Source of the DNA: Candidatus Spongiisociaceae bacterium | GTDB taxonomy: Bacteria; Actinomycetota; Acidimicrobiia; Spongiisociales; Spongiisociaceae | NCBI GenBank assembly: GCA_965219685.1 | Contig: CBDCOH010000002.1 | Location: 352,001 to 416,000, forward strand | Direction of reading: 5' to 3' | Length of the DNA: 64,000 nucleotides | In this document: positions 33,117-42,928 of the stretch, one piece after another | How the letters are laid out: each line of letters opens with the position of its first letter | Position numbering within the stretch: the stretch's first letter is position 1 | The notes under the pieces: model-generated | Told to the model about the DNA's origin: nothing | Database searches by the model: none | Seen by the model: the letters and a program-made list of their open reading frames with translations, nothing else | Translations under genes and position numbers: made by a program

Positions 33117-34571
33117 TCAGCCCTCGACGAGCGACTCGATGTCCGAAAGCGTCGCACGTATCTCGACGACCTGGCCGAGTGCCCAGGCTTGGACCTGCTC
33201 AAGGGGCGAGTGAATCCGATCACGCACGGCACTGACGGACTCCGCGATCGCTGTCCCGGCCCTGGCTGCCGCGTCGGTGTCGCCTTCGCGGAGTGCCGTG
33301 ACATAATCCGCCTGCATCGCCTCAAGCGCGCCAACGGTATCGAGCGCCTGTTGCCTGAACGTCCCGAAGAGTGGGTCATCCGGTAGTCCGGTCAGGATCA
33401 AGCGGGATTCCGCGATCGTGAAGCTCAACTCCTCGGTGATTCGGTCCAACTCCTCCGGCGCGGCTTTCGCGGGAAGCGCGGGAATGGAGAAAGCGTTGGA
33501 GAGCGCGAGGGAATAGCTTATGGCGTCGTCCATCCGCTCGCTGATCGCGACGGCCTGGAGAGAGGCCGATTCCAGCAACTGCTTAGGGACGACCAATTCA
33601 TCTACGGATAGGCTGGATCCGATAATCGGAGGTTTCGGAAGCGGTTCGAACGCCAGTGTCGAGGAAGACCTAGCTGCGGTGTCGAGCGCGCTGATCTGGT
33701 TCGTGAGGGTCGAAAGCCCCGAATCGGTCAACAGTCCTCCGGCGCTGAGCGTCGACTCGATCGGGTTGACAGCTGCCTGTAGGCGGCCGGTTGCCTGAGC
33801 GTACTGGCGCTGGCGCGCCTCGGCCTCGCGTGCGGGGAAGTCGCTGATGACTTTCACGGTCGCGGCCATCAGAACCATCAGCAACGCGCAACTGACCACC
33901 AGCGACCAGCGTATGCGGCGGGACGACCTGAATGGCAGCCGGTTTACGTCCGGTTCGGCCGGAAGCAGGTCCCTACCCAGGTCCAACTCCGCGGTGGCAT
34001 CCCACAGGAGCTTTACGGTGTCTCCGGTGTTCCCCCGGCGGTTGAGTTCCGCGGTCACGGTGCTGAGGGATGGGAAGTCCATCCATGGATCATCAGCATG
34101 GTCACTCTGAGGGGTCGGACCGTTGCCGTTGGTCCAGTCGCCACCGAAGGTTGCTTCCTTCGCCCCGAATCCGAGCAGCGCTGCGAGCGAGGACCCCTCT
34201 CTCGGGTGGGCGAGGGGAAGGAGCCGGCTCCGATGCAACACTCTCGCCGGCGGACGTGAGGATCGTTCCGGGGCAAGGACGGGTACCGCAGTCTCGATCA
34301 AGGGTGCGGGGACCGTGCTGGAGGCGGTCGTGGCATTCGTGCCCGGAGCGGCCGTCGCGCTGCCGTTCGAACGGGGCCGGGATGGGCGCCTGGGCGGCGT
34401 GGGCGGGAGGACGGCAGTCGGTTCGAGGTCTGTGACCGTGCGTGAGAACTCACGAGCGACCGGGAAGGGATCGGCCACAGCGGGCGCTGCGATGGTGGGA
34501 GTTTCATCCGGGTCCGCAAGCGTGTCGGTCGGTGATTCGCCCGGAGGCTGCGGCTGACCCCAATTCGGCAT
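33117..34571 (-). CDS. Hypothetical membrane-anchored protein (Pro/Thr-rich N-terminus, one TM, helical C-terminus); start uncertain
   Basis: Long ORF filling the gap; TM segment WSLVVSCALLMVLMAATV. Confidence 0.6.
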   Translation of the reverse strand: MPNWGQPQPPGESPTDTLADPDETPTIAAPAVADPFPVAREFSRTVTDLEPTAVLPPTPPRRPSRPRSNGSATAAPGTNATTASSTVPAPLIETAVPVLAPERSSRPPARVLHRSRLLPLAHPREGSSLAALLGFGAKEATFGGDWTNGNGPTPQSDHADDPWMDFPSLSTVTAELNRRGNTGDTVKLLWDATAELDLGRDLLPAEPDVNRLPFRSSRRIRWSLVVSCALLMVLMAATVKVISDFPAREAEARQRQYAQATGRLQAAVNPIESTLSAGGLLTDSGLSTLTNQISALDTAARSSSTLAFEPLPKPPIIGSSLSVDELVVPKQLLESASLQAVAISERMDDAISYSLALSNAFSIPALPAKAAPEELDRITEELSFTIAESRLILTGLPDDPLFGTFRQQALDTVGALEAMQADYVTALREGDTDAAARAGTAIAESVSAVRDRIHSPLEQVQAWALGQVVEIRATLSDIESLVEG

Positions 34572-34842
34572 GAAACGGACGGCCCCGGTACGATCCCGAT
34601 CTTCATGCCTGGAGCGGTAGGGGTTCCAGGCCATCCGGATCCGGTGGCGACCGGGTCGGTTGCTTGAGAGAACCGATCTGACGAACGGGCCAAACCCGTC
34701 CAAGCGGTCCGCCGCGCGAGCGGTGACCAAGGGATGTGGATGACCGGGTCTTAGGGTGACCATGAGGCGGGGCAGCTCCTACCTTGCCGTACTCCGCCCG
34801 GCTACGAGAGCCCCCGATTCATCTTTGCTTGAATTGAGAAAC

Positions 34843-35271
34843 ATGAATGTTAGCCTGCTCAAGCTCGATAAGGAACTACCGACTCCGAAACGGGCACATC
34901 CAGACGACGCGGGTCTGGATCTGCACGCCCGCTATCCGGCCGAACTGGATCCGGGGCAGCGATCAACCGTGGACACCGGGATAGCCCTTGCAATCCCGCC
35001 CGGGTATGCCGGACTGGTTGTCCCACGGAGTGGGATCGCAGCCCGAAACGGGATAGGGGTGGTGAACGGTCCGGGACTGATAGATGCCGGCTACCGGGGC
35101 GAGATCCGGGTGGTGCTTATCAATCTGGGGGAACAGCGGGTGACCATCGCACGTGGAGACCGTATCGCGCAGTTACTGATCCTTCCAATTGCCATCCCTC
35201 GAATCGAGATCGTGGAAGGCCTCGAAACCACGGAGCGGGGTCGGGGTGGATTCGGTTCGACGGGAAGGTAA
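34843..35271 (+). CDS. dut: dUTPase
   Basis: [36 protein letters not shown]. Confidence 0.97.
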   Translation: MNVSLLKLDKELPTPKRAHPDDAGLDLHARYPAELDPGQRSTVDTGIALAIPPGYAGLVVPRSGIAARNGIGVVNGPGLIDAGYRGEIRVVLINLGEQRVTIARGDRIAQLLILPIAIPRIEIVEGLETTERGRGGFGSTGR

Positions 35272-35325
35272 CCCCAGCTTCGGGTTGCCGGTAGGTGTCC
35301 GCCAACCGCTACAATAAAGATCCGT

Positions 35326-35398
35326 GCGGAAGTAGCTCAGTCGGTAGAGCGCAACCTTGCCAAGGTTGAGGTCGCGGGTTCGAGCCCCGTCTTCCGCT
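35326..35398 (+). tRNA. tRNA-Gly(GCC)
   Basis: Cloverleaf with GCGGAAG/CTTCCGC acceptor stem, anticodon loop TTGCCAA, GGTTCGA T-loop. Confidence 0.96.
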
Positions 35399-35488
35399 CT
35401 CGGGTTCGGGTAAGCCGTGTCCACGAAGCACTGTACAGGAACCTGCGGGTTGTGTGTGCGGGCCGGTCACTACCCGGAGCCGTAACCG

Positions 35489-35559
35489 GGCGACGTGGCC
35501 GAGTGGTTAGGCACAGCTCTGCAAAAGCTGCTACACCGGTTCGATTCCGGTCGTCGCCT
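35489..35559 (+). tRNA. tRNA-Cys(GCA)
   Basis: GGCGACG/CGTCGCC acceptor stem, anticodon loop CTGCAAA. Confidence 0.95.
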
Positions 35560-35601
35560 CCCCAGCCGGCTTGGGTCCGCTCGCTTTGGATCATGCCCGA
35601 A

Positions 35602-35673
35602 GGGCGCTTAGCTCAGGGGAAGAGCGCTTCCTTGACGCGGAAGAGGTCACAGGTTCAAATCCTGTAGCGCCCA
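35602..35673 (+). tRNA. tRNA-Val(GAC)
   Basis: GGGCGCT/AGCGCCC acceptor stem, CTTCC-TTGACGC-GGAAG anticodon arm. Confidence 0.95.
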
Positions 35674-35836
35674 CCCGGTCGTTCCCGGCTGCCGTACGGT
35701 CGGCGACGGTAAGCCCGGCCACCAGATCTTCCTTGCCCCATCCCCTTGCTTCTATTTCATGAAGGCCCCGCTCCGCGCGACTGTCAGACCCTGAACCCCG
35801 CGACAGAGAATGGACAACCACCCGATCTAACGCTAA

Positions 35837-35889
35837 CCACCGACTAACAACTACCGACTATCTACTAACGAGTAGGAACCAATCGTCTA
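35837..35889. repeat. Degenerate heptamer array (CTAnnnA)
   Basis: ccaccga ctaacaa ctaccga ctatcta ctaacga gtaggaa ccaatcgt cta; abuts the stop of the LuxR gene. Confidence 0.65.
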
Positions 35890-36564
35890 ACCCAGATCCA
35901 GGATCCCCCGGCGTAAAGCGGTGAGGACCGCGGCCAGCTTGGTATTGGCGCCGAGTTTCTCCCTGAGGTTGCGGACGTGGTTCCGCACTGTGTGGGGGCT
36001 GATCCCGAGTTGCTCCGCTATCCGTAGGGTGCCGTCTCCGAGTGACACGAGATGCAGCACCTCCAACTCCCGAGGGCTCAACTCCCTGTTGGGCGGATCC
36101 GACCTGGGAGTCGGCGAGTCGGAAAGGATGTTCGCGCCCTGGTCGCGCAGGTCGCGTCGAACATCCTCGGCCACGCGGTCGGCGACTCCAGGGTCTGGAT
36201 CATCGTTGAACAGGTGCACCAGCAGTGGTGCCTTTCGCTCGGAGCCGGCTACCACCATCGGCGTCAGAGATGCGAGCTTGCGCCCGCCGGACTCGCAGCG
36301 CATCCGCAAAGTGATCGTGCTCGGAATCTCGCCGGCCCTTACGGCTCGCATCGAGGGGCACCCATAGAGGCAGGCGGGCGTCAGGCCTCCAGGAGCCAAG
36401 TTCTCGAGTACCTCGTAACAGCGGCGACCGACCACCTTTTCCGCTGGGAATCCGAGAATCCGCTCCGCTGCACGGTTCCAGAACAGGATGGTTTGGTCGT
36501 GGGACATGACGTAGGCGCCGAACGAGGCCACTTCGAGCAAAGAGATAATGCTGTTTGGAGTCAA
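35887..36564 (-). CDS. PAS-domain LuxR-family transcriptional regulator
   Basis: ILFWNRAAERILG...GRRCYEVL PAS region; LSPRELEVL...ISPHTVRNHVRNLREKL HTH; TTG start after GGGAGG. Confidence 0.9.
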   Translation of the reverse strand: MTPNSIISLLEVASFGAYVMSHDQTILFWNRAAERILGFPAEKVVGRRCYEVLENLAPGGLTPACLYGCPSMRAVRAGEIPSTITLRMRCESGGRKLASLTPMVVAGSERKAPLLVHLFNDDPDPGVADRVAEDVRRDLRDQGANILSDSPTPRSDPPNRELSPRELEVLHLVSLGDGTLRIAEQLGISPHTVRNHVRNLREKLGANTKLAAVLTALRRGILDLG

Positions 36565-37117
36565 GAAACCCTCCCGTCGCTCTTCAAACGCGCGAAGAGG
36601 CAAATCGGCCGGGCCCAGTCGCAGAAGTCCTAGATCGTTCTCTCTACGGTGCCCCCTCTGCCACGACCATCATAGTTGAGCCGGTCAACCTACCGGGGCT
36701 GCCGCTGATGCGATGGCAAAGGAGACGTGGCAAGCCGCCACCCACGGTCCAGGTCCTCCGGTCTCGGCGATGCGGGGTCGACGCAGAAGGACAGTGTGGG
36801 AGTCTCAGGGCACCATCCCGCACAGGTAACCAGCTGTTGTCGGCGCGGTATGTATGTCCTGTCCGGTCTCTGTTGAATACCCTCCCAATCCCCGGTCCGG
36901 AATCCTTGGGTCGATTCGCAGTGAAAGACCAGGTGAGTGCCGGTATAGAATCCACGCTCACGCCCAAGTCCATTCTGAGTTCGTCAATCTCTCGAACCCG
37001 TGACATAATGTTGGGGACTCGCCGTCCTATAATCCGGGCGGTTGCGCGACGAACGACCCTCGAGCCTCCGAGTTCAACCACATCCGAAACGGGTTCGCCA
37101 AACAGAAGGGATTGTTG

Positions 37118-37513
37118 ATGTCCTTGAGCGACGATCACAAGGCAGCTCTTGCTAAAGGAAGGAGCGAGGCGCGGACAGTACGTGCTTATCTCGATGCCCT
37201 CGCTACCAAGAAGCCCCGCGGTACGGCCAACCCTGTGACCTTGAAGCAACGGTTGGAGCGGTTGACCGAACAGATAGAAACAGAGCAGAACTCGCTGAAG
37301 CGGCTCCAACTCATCCAACAGCGCTTTGACGTCGAGGACAAGTTGAAGGCGGTTGGCGATTCGGTCGACTACGAGGCACTCCAGGCAGACTTTGTAGCCG
37401 CCGCGGCTTCGTATTCGGAGCGCAAGGGTATCTCCTACAGCGCGTGGAGGGAAGCGGGAGTAGCACCGGACGTCTTGAAGACTGCCGGTATTCGCCGCAC
37501 GCGCCGCACTTAG
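37118..37513 (+). CDS. Conserved hypothetical basic coiled-coil protein
   Basis: MSLSDDHKAALAKGR...ISYSAWREAGV; TATAAT at ~37028 and GAAGGGA RBS. Confidence 0.75.
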   Translation: MSLSDDHKAALAKGRSEARTVRAYLDALATKKPRGTANPVTLKQRLERLTEQIETEQNSLKRLQLIQQRFDVEDKLKAVGDSVDYEALQADFVAAAASYSERKGISYSAWREAGVAPDVLKTAGIRRTRRT

Positions 37514-37679
37514 CAGGGCCCTTCCGACCCGAGTAGGCAGTCCGGTTGGACTGGAGATCCTCCAAGTTGCCGCCCGCAACCCGGCCGGTACGGATCCCGA
37601 TGGCAGCCTTGCCCCTGTTCCGCTCGCACGGACGTCTACCCAATCCACCCGGCATCGCAGCAGTGGTTTGCGATGCCCC

Positions 37680-38093
37680 CTACCCCCAGCCCAGTTCCCG
37701 TAGGCGGTGGTCGTCAATTCCCAGGTGATGGGCTATTTCGTGGAGAACGGTCCGACGGACTTCCTCGGCTGTAGCCTCGTCGTCGAGTCCGAGAGCGAGA
37801 TGCGTGTCCATGAATATCGATATCCGATCAGGTAGGACTCCCGCATAGTTAATGCCCCGGTCACGTAGAGAAACTCCTTGGTAGAAGCCGAGGAGTCCCT
37901 CGCAGTGAGGGTCTCGTTCCTCGACTACCACCACAAGGTTGTCGAGTCGCCTCGCGATGTCAACCGGTAGCTCTTCGAGCGTAAGATCCACGACCTTCTC
38001 AAAGTCTTCCCGGCTAAACAGGGGTACCCCACCTTTCCTCCGGCACAACTCTGACTGGATCTGAAGGTAACATCTCGGCATCGATCGCGCCAT
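37680..38093 (-). CDS. Zincin-like metallopeptidase (start probably nearer 38020)
   Basis: LLGFYQG, PDRISIF, TVLHEIAHHLGIDD..L.ELG. Confidence 0.85.
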   Translation of the reverse strand: MARSMPRCYLQIQSELCRRKGGVPLFSREDFEKVVDLTLEELPVDIARRLDNLVVVVEERDPHCEGLLGFYQGVSLRDRGINYAGVLPDRISIFMDTHLALGLDDEATAEEVRRTVLHEIAHHLGIDDHRLRELGWG

Positions 38094-38167
38094 CGGCTGA
38101 AGCGAGGCGCCTGGCTCTTACCGACCGGATGCGAGGCTGAGAACGCCGACTAGAATCCTAGGTGGCC

Positions 38168-38239
38168 GGGCGCTTAGCTCAGCGGGAGAGCGCTGCCTTC
38201 ACACGGCAGAGGTCACTGGTTCGATCCCAGTAGCGCCCA
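38168..38239 (+). tRNA. tRNA-Val(CAC)
   Basis: GGGCGCT/AGCGCCC acceptor stem, CTGCC-TTCACAC-GGCAG anticodon arm. Confidence 0.95.
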
Positions 38240-38364
38240 CCGGGGGAACGACTCCTCCGTGCAGAACGGTCAGGCGCTGGGCTCCACGAGCCTCACATTG
38301 CGGGCGGTGCGCGTAACAGCGCCTAATGTGCCGAAACGGTTCAGATCCTTGGGGGAGCTACGAC

Positions 38365-40635
38365 ATGACCATCCAAGCGCCGACATTCATCAGGTCCGAT
38401 GGTCCCGACAAAGTGACGGGCACCGGGCGTTACACAGCAGACCTCACCGCGGCAGGGGTGCTTGTCGCCAAGTTCCGTTACGCGGAGGTTACCCATGCTC
38501 GGATCCTGGAGTTGGACACGTCGGCTGCTCGGGCGATGCCAGGGGTGTTCGCCGTTCTGACCAGCGACGACGTACCCGATGTGCTCTACGGCTCCATCAA
38601 GGACCGGCGGCTGTTCGCCAAGGATGTCGTGCGGTTCGAGGGAGAGGTGGTGGCCGCGGTTGCGGCGATCGACGAGGTGACGGCGGCGCGCGCAGTCGCC
38701 GCGATCGTGGTGCGCTACGAGCCGATCCAGGCCGTGGCTGACATGGAGGAGGCCCTCGAAAGCGGTGCGCCGCTGATTCACGAGGAGTGGGCTACGTATG
38801 AAGCACCCGGTGTGGAGCGGGAAGGGAACCTCGCCTCCTTCACTTCCCTCTCGCGGGGCGATGTGGACGAGGGCTTGGCCGAGGCGGATCTGGTCGTCAC
38901 CAGCCGGTACGTTGCCGACGCCTCGCACGCCGTCCCGATCGAGCCGCGGGCAATCCTTGCGCAATGGGAAGGTCGAAAGGTCACCATCTGGTCGTCCACC
39001 CAGGTCCCGTTCCCCGCCAGGGATGGCGTCTGCGAGACCCTCGGGCTACCCACCAACCGGGTGCGGGTCATCGTGCCCCATCTGGGTGGAGGCTTCGGTG
39101 GCAAGTGCGGCTTCCACTACGAAGCACACGTGGCGGCTCTGTCCAGGGCTGCCCGCCGCCCGGTGCGGTTGGTCTTCTCGCGCCGGGAGGAGTTCATCGC
39201 TCCCGACAGGCGTCGCGAAGGGATGATCGTCGAACTCACCAGCGGTGTCCGCAATGACGGCACGCTCTCAGCCCGCAAGGCCAGGGTGATCGTCGACAAC
39301 GGAGCCTATGCGGCCGACTCCGCAGGCTTTCCGCAGTTGGCGGCCATGCACGCCCTCGGACCGTACAAGGTCGCCAACATCGAGGTCGAGGCCTCCGCCG
39401 TCTACACGAACTGCCAGCCGTCCGGTTCGGTGCGCGCACCCACCGCCCCGCAGGGTTGCTGGGCGGTCGAGTCCCATACCGATGAATTGGCGACCGCGAT
39501 CGGCATGGATCCGGTGGAGTTCCGCAGACTCAACACGGTGGATAGCGGCGATGTCGGCGTCACCGGCCAGCTGTACGAGGAGATCGGGTTGCAGGAGTGC
39601 ATCGACGCGGCGGCGGCGGGTTTGGAGTACCGCCACGACCTCCCAGCGGATGAGGCGGTAGGTGTGGCCGTCGGATGGTGGCCCAGCTTCGCCGCGCCGT
39701 CCGGCGCCTACGTGAAGATCGATCACGACGGCAAGGGAGTCATCGTCACCGGCGCGCAGGAGTGCGGCACCGGTGCGGTGATGACCCTTCCCTACCTGGT
39801 GGCGGGGGAACTCGGGATGCAACCCGAGGACTTCGAACTGGTCTACCAGGACACCAGCGCGGCTCCGTCCGACTGGGGGGCCAGCGGGTCTCAGACCCTG
39901 TTCAACAACGGGCGCGCCACGGTCGCCGCGGCCAGAGAAATAGCCTCCCAGCTCAAGGATCTGGCGGCCCAGGAGTTGGAAGCCTCCGCAGAGGACATCG
40001 TGCTGGTCGATGGCAGGGCACATGTGGCCGGAGATCCCGAGTCGGCTGTGACGATCGAGAGGTTGGCGGCTATCGCTGCCGACGGTGCAATGCTCCTCGG
40101 CCGCGGATCGAGTGATCCACCCGAGTGGCCGTCCATGTCGGGTGTGTCCTGCGTCGGCGACCACGGCCTCGGCGCCTGGGTCGCGCCCCAGTTCTCTTGT
40201 CACGCGGTCCGTGTTCGCCTCGACAGGGAGACGGGTGTGGTGCGCGTTCTGGAGGTCTCGACCGCCCACGACTCCGGAACCATCATCAATCGCCGGGGGG
40301 CTCTCGGCCAGGTTGAAGGAGGCGTCATGATGGGGATCGGCCAGGCCCTCACCGAAGGAGCCACCTTCGATGATGAGGGTAGGCAGCTCAACCCGACGCT
40401 CCTGGACTACAAGCTCCAGACCATCGCCGATGCCCCAGGCATCACGACCCACTTCGCGGAAGTGCCCGCCGCGATCGGTGGGCCGTACGGTTCGAAGGGG
40501 ATCGCGGAGGCTCCCAACGTGCCTACGGCCGCCGCGATCTCCAATGCGATCGCCAAGCTGATCGGTGGGCCCGTCCGGCGACTGCCGATGACCGCTGAAC
40601 GGGTCTGGCTCGCCATGGGGGAGGGGGGATCATGA
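38365..40635 (+). CDS. Xanthine dehydrogenase-family molybdopterin-binding (large) subunit
   Basis: KVTGTGRYTAD, GGGFGGK, GQVEGG, SKGIAE. Confidence 0.92.
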   Translation: MTIQAPTFIRSDGPDKVTGTGRYTADLTAAGVLVAKFRYAEVTHARILELDTSAARAMPGVFAVLTSDDVPDVLYGSIKDRRLFAKDVVRFEGEVVAAVAAIDEVTAARAVAAIVVRYEPIQAVADMEEALESGAPLIHEEWATYEAPGVEREGNLASFTSLSRGDVDEGLAEADLVVTSRYVADASHAVPIEPRAILAQWEGRKVTIWSSTQVPFPARDGVCETLGLPTNRVRVIVPHLGGGFGGKCGFHYEAHVAALSRAARRPVRLVFSRREEFIAPDRRREGMIVELTSGVRNDGTLSARKARVIVDNGAYAADSAGFPQLAAMHALGPYKVANIEVEASAVYTNCQPSGSVRAPTAPQGCWAVESHTDELATAIGMDPVEFRRLNTVDSGDVGVTGQLYEEIGLQECIDAAAAGLEYRHDLPADEAVGVAVGWWPSFAAPSGAYVKIDHDGKGVIVTGAQECGTGAVMTLPYLVAGELGMQPEDFELVYQDTSAAPSDWGASGSQTLFNNGRATVAAAREIASQLKDLAAQELEASAEDIVLVDGRAHVAGDPESAVTIERLAAIAADGAMLLGRGSSDPPEWPSMSGVSCVGDHGLGAWVAPQFSCHAVRVRLDRETGVVRVLEVSTAHDSGTIINRRGALGQVEGGVMMGIGQALTEGATFDDEGRQLNPTLLDYKLQTIADAPGITTHFAEVPAAIGGPYGSKGIAEAPNVPTAAAISNAIAKLIGGPVRRLPMTAERVWLAMGEGGS

Positions 40636-41531
40636 TCTTCGCGTCGGCGGCGACGATCGAGGAGGCGCTCGAAGCCGTGGCCGGCGGCGCGACGCCCATC
40701 GCGGGAGGCACGGACCTGGTGGTCGGGGCCCGGCAGGGTAAGGCGCCCCTCCCAACCTCGCTCGTGTCGATCGATCGGGTATCCGGGATGTCAGACATAG
40801 CCCAGGCAAGCGACGGAACGCGGGTGGGGGCCCTGGTCACCCATGGAACGCTGATGACCGACGCTCGGGTGGTGGGACCCTACACAGCCTTGGCAGACGC
40901 CGCCGCCCTGGTGGGGTCACCGGCGACCCGTTACGTGGGAACCCTGGGAGGGAACATCATGAACGCCTCGCCGGCGATGGACACCGGCGCGCCGCTGGTG
41001 GTTTTCGGCGCTCTCGCCGAGCTTCGGTGCCTGTCCGGGGCCCGTACGGTGCCGGTCGCGGACCTATGGACGGCTCCGGGCGCCACCATTGCCCGTTCCG
41101 ACGAGTTGCTGGTGGCAGTGCATCTCGAACCGCGGCCGTCCCGTTCTGGCAGCGCCTACGTGAGGCTGGAGTACCGCCGGACGATGGAGATCGCAGTGGT
41201 CGGCGCAGCCGCCTCGGTGGTCTTGGAGGGCGACGGCACGATCGCCACAGGTCGAGTGGCTCTGAGCGCAGTGGCTCCCACCATCATCGAGGTCGAAGGG
41301 GTAGCGGGCATGATCTCCGGGATGGCCGTCGAGGAAGCCGGCTCGCTGGTCCAGGAGGTCGCTTCCCGGCAAGCCGTTCCGATCAGTGATCTGAGAGGCA
41401 GCGCTCGCTACAGGCGTCATACCGTGGGGGTGATGGCAAGACGGGCCTTGGCTGCGGCGGCCCGGCGGGCATCCGGTGAGCTGATCGGGGTACCGGTGAA
41501 CCGGGCGATCGGTGTAGGGTCCGGGTCATGA
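40632..41531 (+). CDS. Xanthine dehydrogenase-family FAD-binding (medium) subunit
   Basis: AGGTDL, TLGGNIMNASPAMD. Confidence 0.92.
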   Translation: MIFASAATIEEALEAVAGGATPIAGGTDLVVGARQGKAPLPTSLVSIDRVSGMSDIAQASDGTRVGALVTHGTLMTDARVVGPYTALADAAALVGSPATRYVGTLGGNIMNASPAMDTGAPLVVFGALAELRCLSGARTVPVADLWTAPGATIARSDELLVAVHLEPRPSRSGSAYVRLEYRRTMEIAVVGAAASVVLEGDGTIATGRVALSAVAPTIIEVEGVAGMISGMAVEEAGSLVQEVASRQAVPISDLRGSARYRRHTVGVMARRALAAAARRASGELIGVPVNRAIGVGSGS

Positions 41532-41992
41532 GAACAGCGCTCGTTCTCAGGGTCAATGGCGTCGACACTCCGGTCAGGGTAGATCCCTCGCGCAATCTTC
41601 TCGGAGTTCTGCGCGACGAATTGGGCCTGACCGGCACGAAAGAGGGATGCGACGACTGCGAGTGCGGTGCGTGCATGGTGCTCATGGACGGGGGACCGGT
41701 GAACTCCTGTTCCTATCTTGCCGTGCAGGCGGAGGGTAAGTCCATTACCACGATCGAAGGAATCATGGACGGCGACGAGTTGAGTTCGTTGCAGCGGAAC
41801 ATGATCGTCGAGGGGGGCGTCCAGTGCGGATTCTGCACGCCGGGGATGATCATCTCGGCCGAGGCGCTCCTGGCCTCCAATCCCGTTCCTACCGAGGAGG
41901 AGATCCGGATAGGTCTGTCGGGGAACCTGTGCCGTTGTACGGGTTATGCGGGCATTCTCGCTGCGGTGATCCGGACGGCTTCTGGAGTGTGA
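41528..41992 (+). CDS. Xanthine dehydrogenase-family 2x[2Fe-2S] (small) subunit
   Basis: GCDDCECGAC, QCGFCTPG, GNLCRCTGY. Confidence 0.95.
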   Translation: MRTALVLRVNGVDTPVRVDPSRNLLGVLRDELGLTGTKEGCDDCECGACMVLMDGGPVNSCSYLAVQAEGKSITTIEGIMDGDELSSLQRNMIVEGGVQCGFCTPGMIISAEALLASNPVPTEEEIRIGLSGNLCRCTGYAGILAAVIRTASGV

Positions 41993-42157
41993 TCGCCACC
42001 GACGTGCTCCCGATCACACCGCGGCAGCAGAAATCCTCGAAATATCTCATGTCGTGCCGTAGGCTTGGGGATGCAGTGGATGTCGGCACGGATAGGTGGC
42101 GGAGGTCGGTATCCTCGCAATGAGTCTGTGCGTTCGGTCGTGCGTGGAGGAGTTGCC

Positions 42158-42925
42158 ATGAGGAAACTGGTATTGCTGTTGGTGTGGTTTGCGCTGGTTG
42201 TCGCCGCCTGCGGCGGGGGGGACGAAGAAACGGCGGAGACCGAACCCACAACGGAAACCGTAGGCGTCACCGCGGGCGCGACTACGGAACCTACCGTCGC
42301 ATCTCCGGATGACGCGATGACGGATGACGCGTCCCCCGATGACGCGATGACAGATGACGCGACGGCCGATGACGCGATGACTGATGACGCGACGGCCGAT
42401 GACGCGATGACCGACGGTGGCGAAGCGGAGAGTTCTCCCGCCACCGAGCCGGAGCCCGAGCCGATCGATGCGGTGGTCACCCTCAGGGCCCTTGGTCCGG
42501 TGCGCATAGGCATGACGGTCGATGAAGCCGCCAGCGAGACGGGCGTCGAACTGCGGAGGGACTTCGGTAGGCAGTCGACGAGCACCTGCTACTTCGTGAC
42601 CGCGGGTGCAGCACTGCAGGGCGTGTCGATCATGGTGTTGGACGATCGGATCGCCCGTATCGACGTCGATTCTCCCAGCACCATCGCCACCAGATCCGGG
42701 GTGAGGATCGGCACTCCCGCCGACGATCTGAGACAGGTCTACCCGAACAACATCCGCCAGGCCAACGATGCGGTGGCGGACGGCGAAGCACTGGCGTTCG
42801 TTCCCAATGACGACTTCGACGCCGACTATCGCATCTACTTCGAAATCGAGGACGGGCAGATAGCCCGATACCGATTGGGGACCAAGCCGGCGGTCGACTA
42901 CCTCGGGGGCTGCCCCGATCAATAG
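42158..42925 (+). CDS. Lipoprotein with acidic repeat linker
   Basis: GGAGGAG RBS; signal peptide with lipobox VVAAC; LGPVRIGMT and TRSGVRIGT motifs. Confidence 0.8.
   Translation: MRKLVLLLVWFALVVAACGGGDEETAETEPTTETVGVTAGATTEPTVASPDDAMTDDASPDDAMTDDATADDAMTDDATADDAMTDGGEAESSPATEPEPEPIDAVVTLRALGPVRIGMTVDEAASETGVELRRDFGRQSTSTCYFVTAGAALQGVSIMVLDDRIARIDVDSPSTIATRSGVRIGTPADDLRQVYPNNIRQANDAVADGEALAFVPNDDFDADYRIYFEIEDGQIARYRLGTKPAVDYLGGCPDQ
42308..42415 (+). repeat. Coding 30-bp tandem repeat (DDAMTDDA[S/T][P/A])
   Basis: GATGACGCG-N6 half-units, ~3.6 copies of 30 bp. Confidence 0.9.
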
Positions 42926-42928
42926 TTC

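Noticed and set aside
35602-38239. Integrated element bounded by tRNA-Val 3' duplications
   Set aside because: Both copies are complete tRNAs with different anticodons, and there is no integrase between them.
38365-41992. Aerobic CO dehydrogenase or 4-hydroxybenzoyl-CoA reductase call
   Set aside because: It lacks the CoxL AYxCSFR motif, and the FAD subunit shows no extra Cys-rich [4Fe-4S] insertion.
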